Source: Lytechinus pictus (Eukaryota). Taken from it: a stretch of 64,000 nt of DNA. The first letter of the stretch is position 1. Each line of letters starts with the position of its first letter. Positions 63,031 through 64,000 of the stretch are shown one piece after another. The notes under the pieces were generated by a model that had not been told where the DNA came from, did not search any database, and saw only the letters and a list, made by a program, of their open reading frames with translations. The position numbers were made by a program, and so were the translations under genes. Location: assembly GCF_037042905.1 (NCBI RefSeq), contig NC_087245.1, positions 12,588,001 through 12,652,000 on the forward strand, in the 5' to 3' direction.

Positions 63031-64000
63031 CACTTGGATTGTGAAGCATCCCGGCTTGATAGGGAGGTATAAACCGGGGTATAAATGATAGTCTTAAAAT
63101 TGTTGAAGATTCATAACATATTTGTAAAGAGTTTTGATGTGATATCTACGTGATTTATGATATAAAATCATTCTTTGAAAAGCAAAATGAAGCTCACAGC
63201 CAAAGCAAGTGATACCTCCTTGTCATAAGGTACATTGCGTAATACCTTAGGTGACCCAGCTGGGCCAGGTCTGTCATCAAGACACTCGACAACAAATTGA
63301 GATAATCTGTTGAGATTTGCTGAACCATTAAATCAGGTAAACATGAGATAAAAATTGTTTCTCTTGGGAGTCATTTGGGCAGCCACTGAACTGATTTTAA
63401 AACATGAGCCACGCGAGCAATTGCTTTGGGTGGTGATGGACATTTCATTGATTTCTTTTTTAATCAGCGACTTTACAAATAAAAAATAATAATACAAATT
63501 CTAATAACTTTTTAAATCTTTGATGGATTTTCCTCAAACTTTCACCAATACTTATTATTTTTTCTCCTATCTTTACAATAAACTGTTTGTCAGGGTGAAC
63601 TCCCCCTTTAATGCTTGGTCACTTGAAAATGACACCTACATATCATGAACATGTTTTCAGTTGGGAAAATTTGGATACAAAGTTTATTTTTACCATGTTT
63701 GAAAATGTGTTTTTGACCATTTTCATCATTTTGCAATTCAAATTCCCTTTAGAAAGATTTTGCAATGTCTTAGGGATATTTCTGATCTGTACAATGCAGG
63801 ATCTAGGGGCGGGGAAGTTTTTTTTTGTATTGAGTAGTTTTTATTTGACAACTTCAATTTATGTACAAAATAAAATACATATAGGAAATAGAAGTTTGAT
63901 GTCTTTACAAACTGATCAATACCTTGACAACTCATAAATTCAACACCATTTTTAAAAATTAAAGTGACATTACAATAAAACACAATGTCAGACATCTTCC

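Overview
AT-rich, intron-rich animal genomic DNA. The repeat types and gene structures suggest an invertebrate deuterostome, probably a sea urchin; this is inference. Two spliced + strand genes could be assembled by hand with GT-AG boundaries and consistent phases. (1) A 10-coding-exon, ~270-aa ankyrin-repeat protein (5568-17010), one repeat per phase-0 exon, ending in a basic patch plus CaaX box (KKKNGNCVIS*). (2) A 19-exon, ~1118-aa NBR1 autophagy receptor (33242-53633) with PB1, ZZ, coiled-coil, FW, LIR, amphipathic helix and UBA, plus an unexpected FFAT-like motif. A probable non-coding first exon of a third gene lies at ~56870-57152. The rest holds non-autonomous transposons: tRNA-SINEs, HINE/pearl-type elements, hAT/Tc1/Harbinger/CACT-type MITEs, a 4.5-kb foldback element, and a 2.8-kb CAC...GTG element with a 9-bp target duplication. 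Micro- and minisatellites are also present. No transposase ORF was seen, and most ORFs in the supplied track are spurious.
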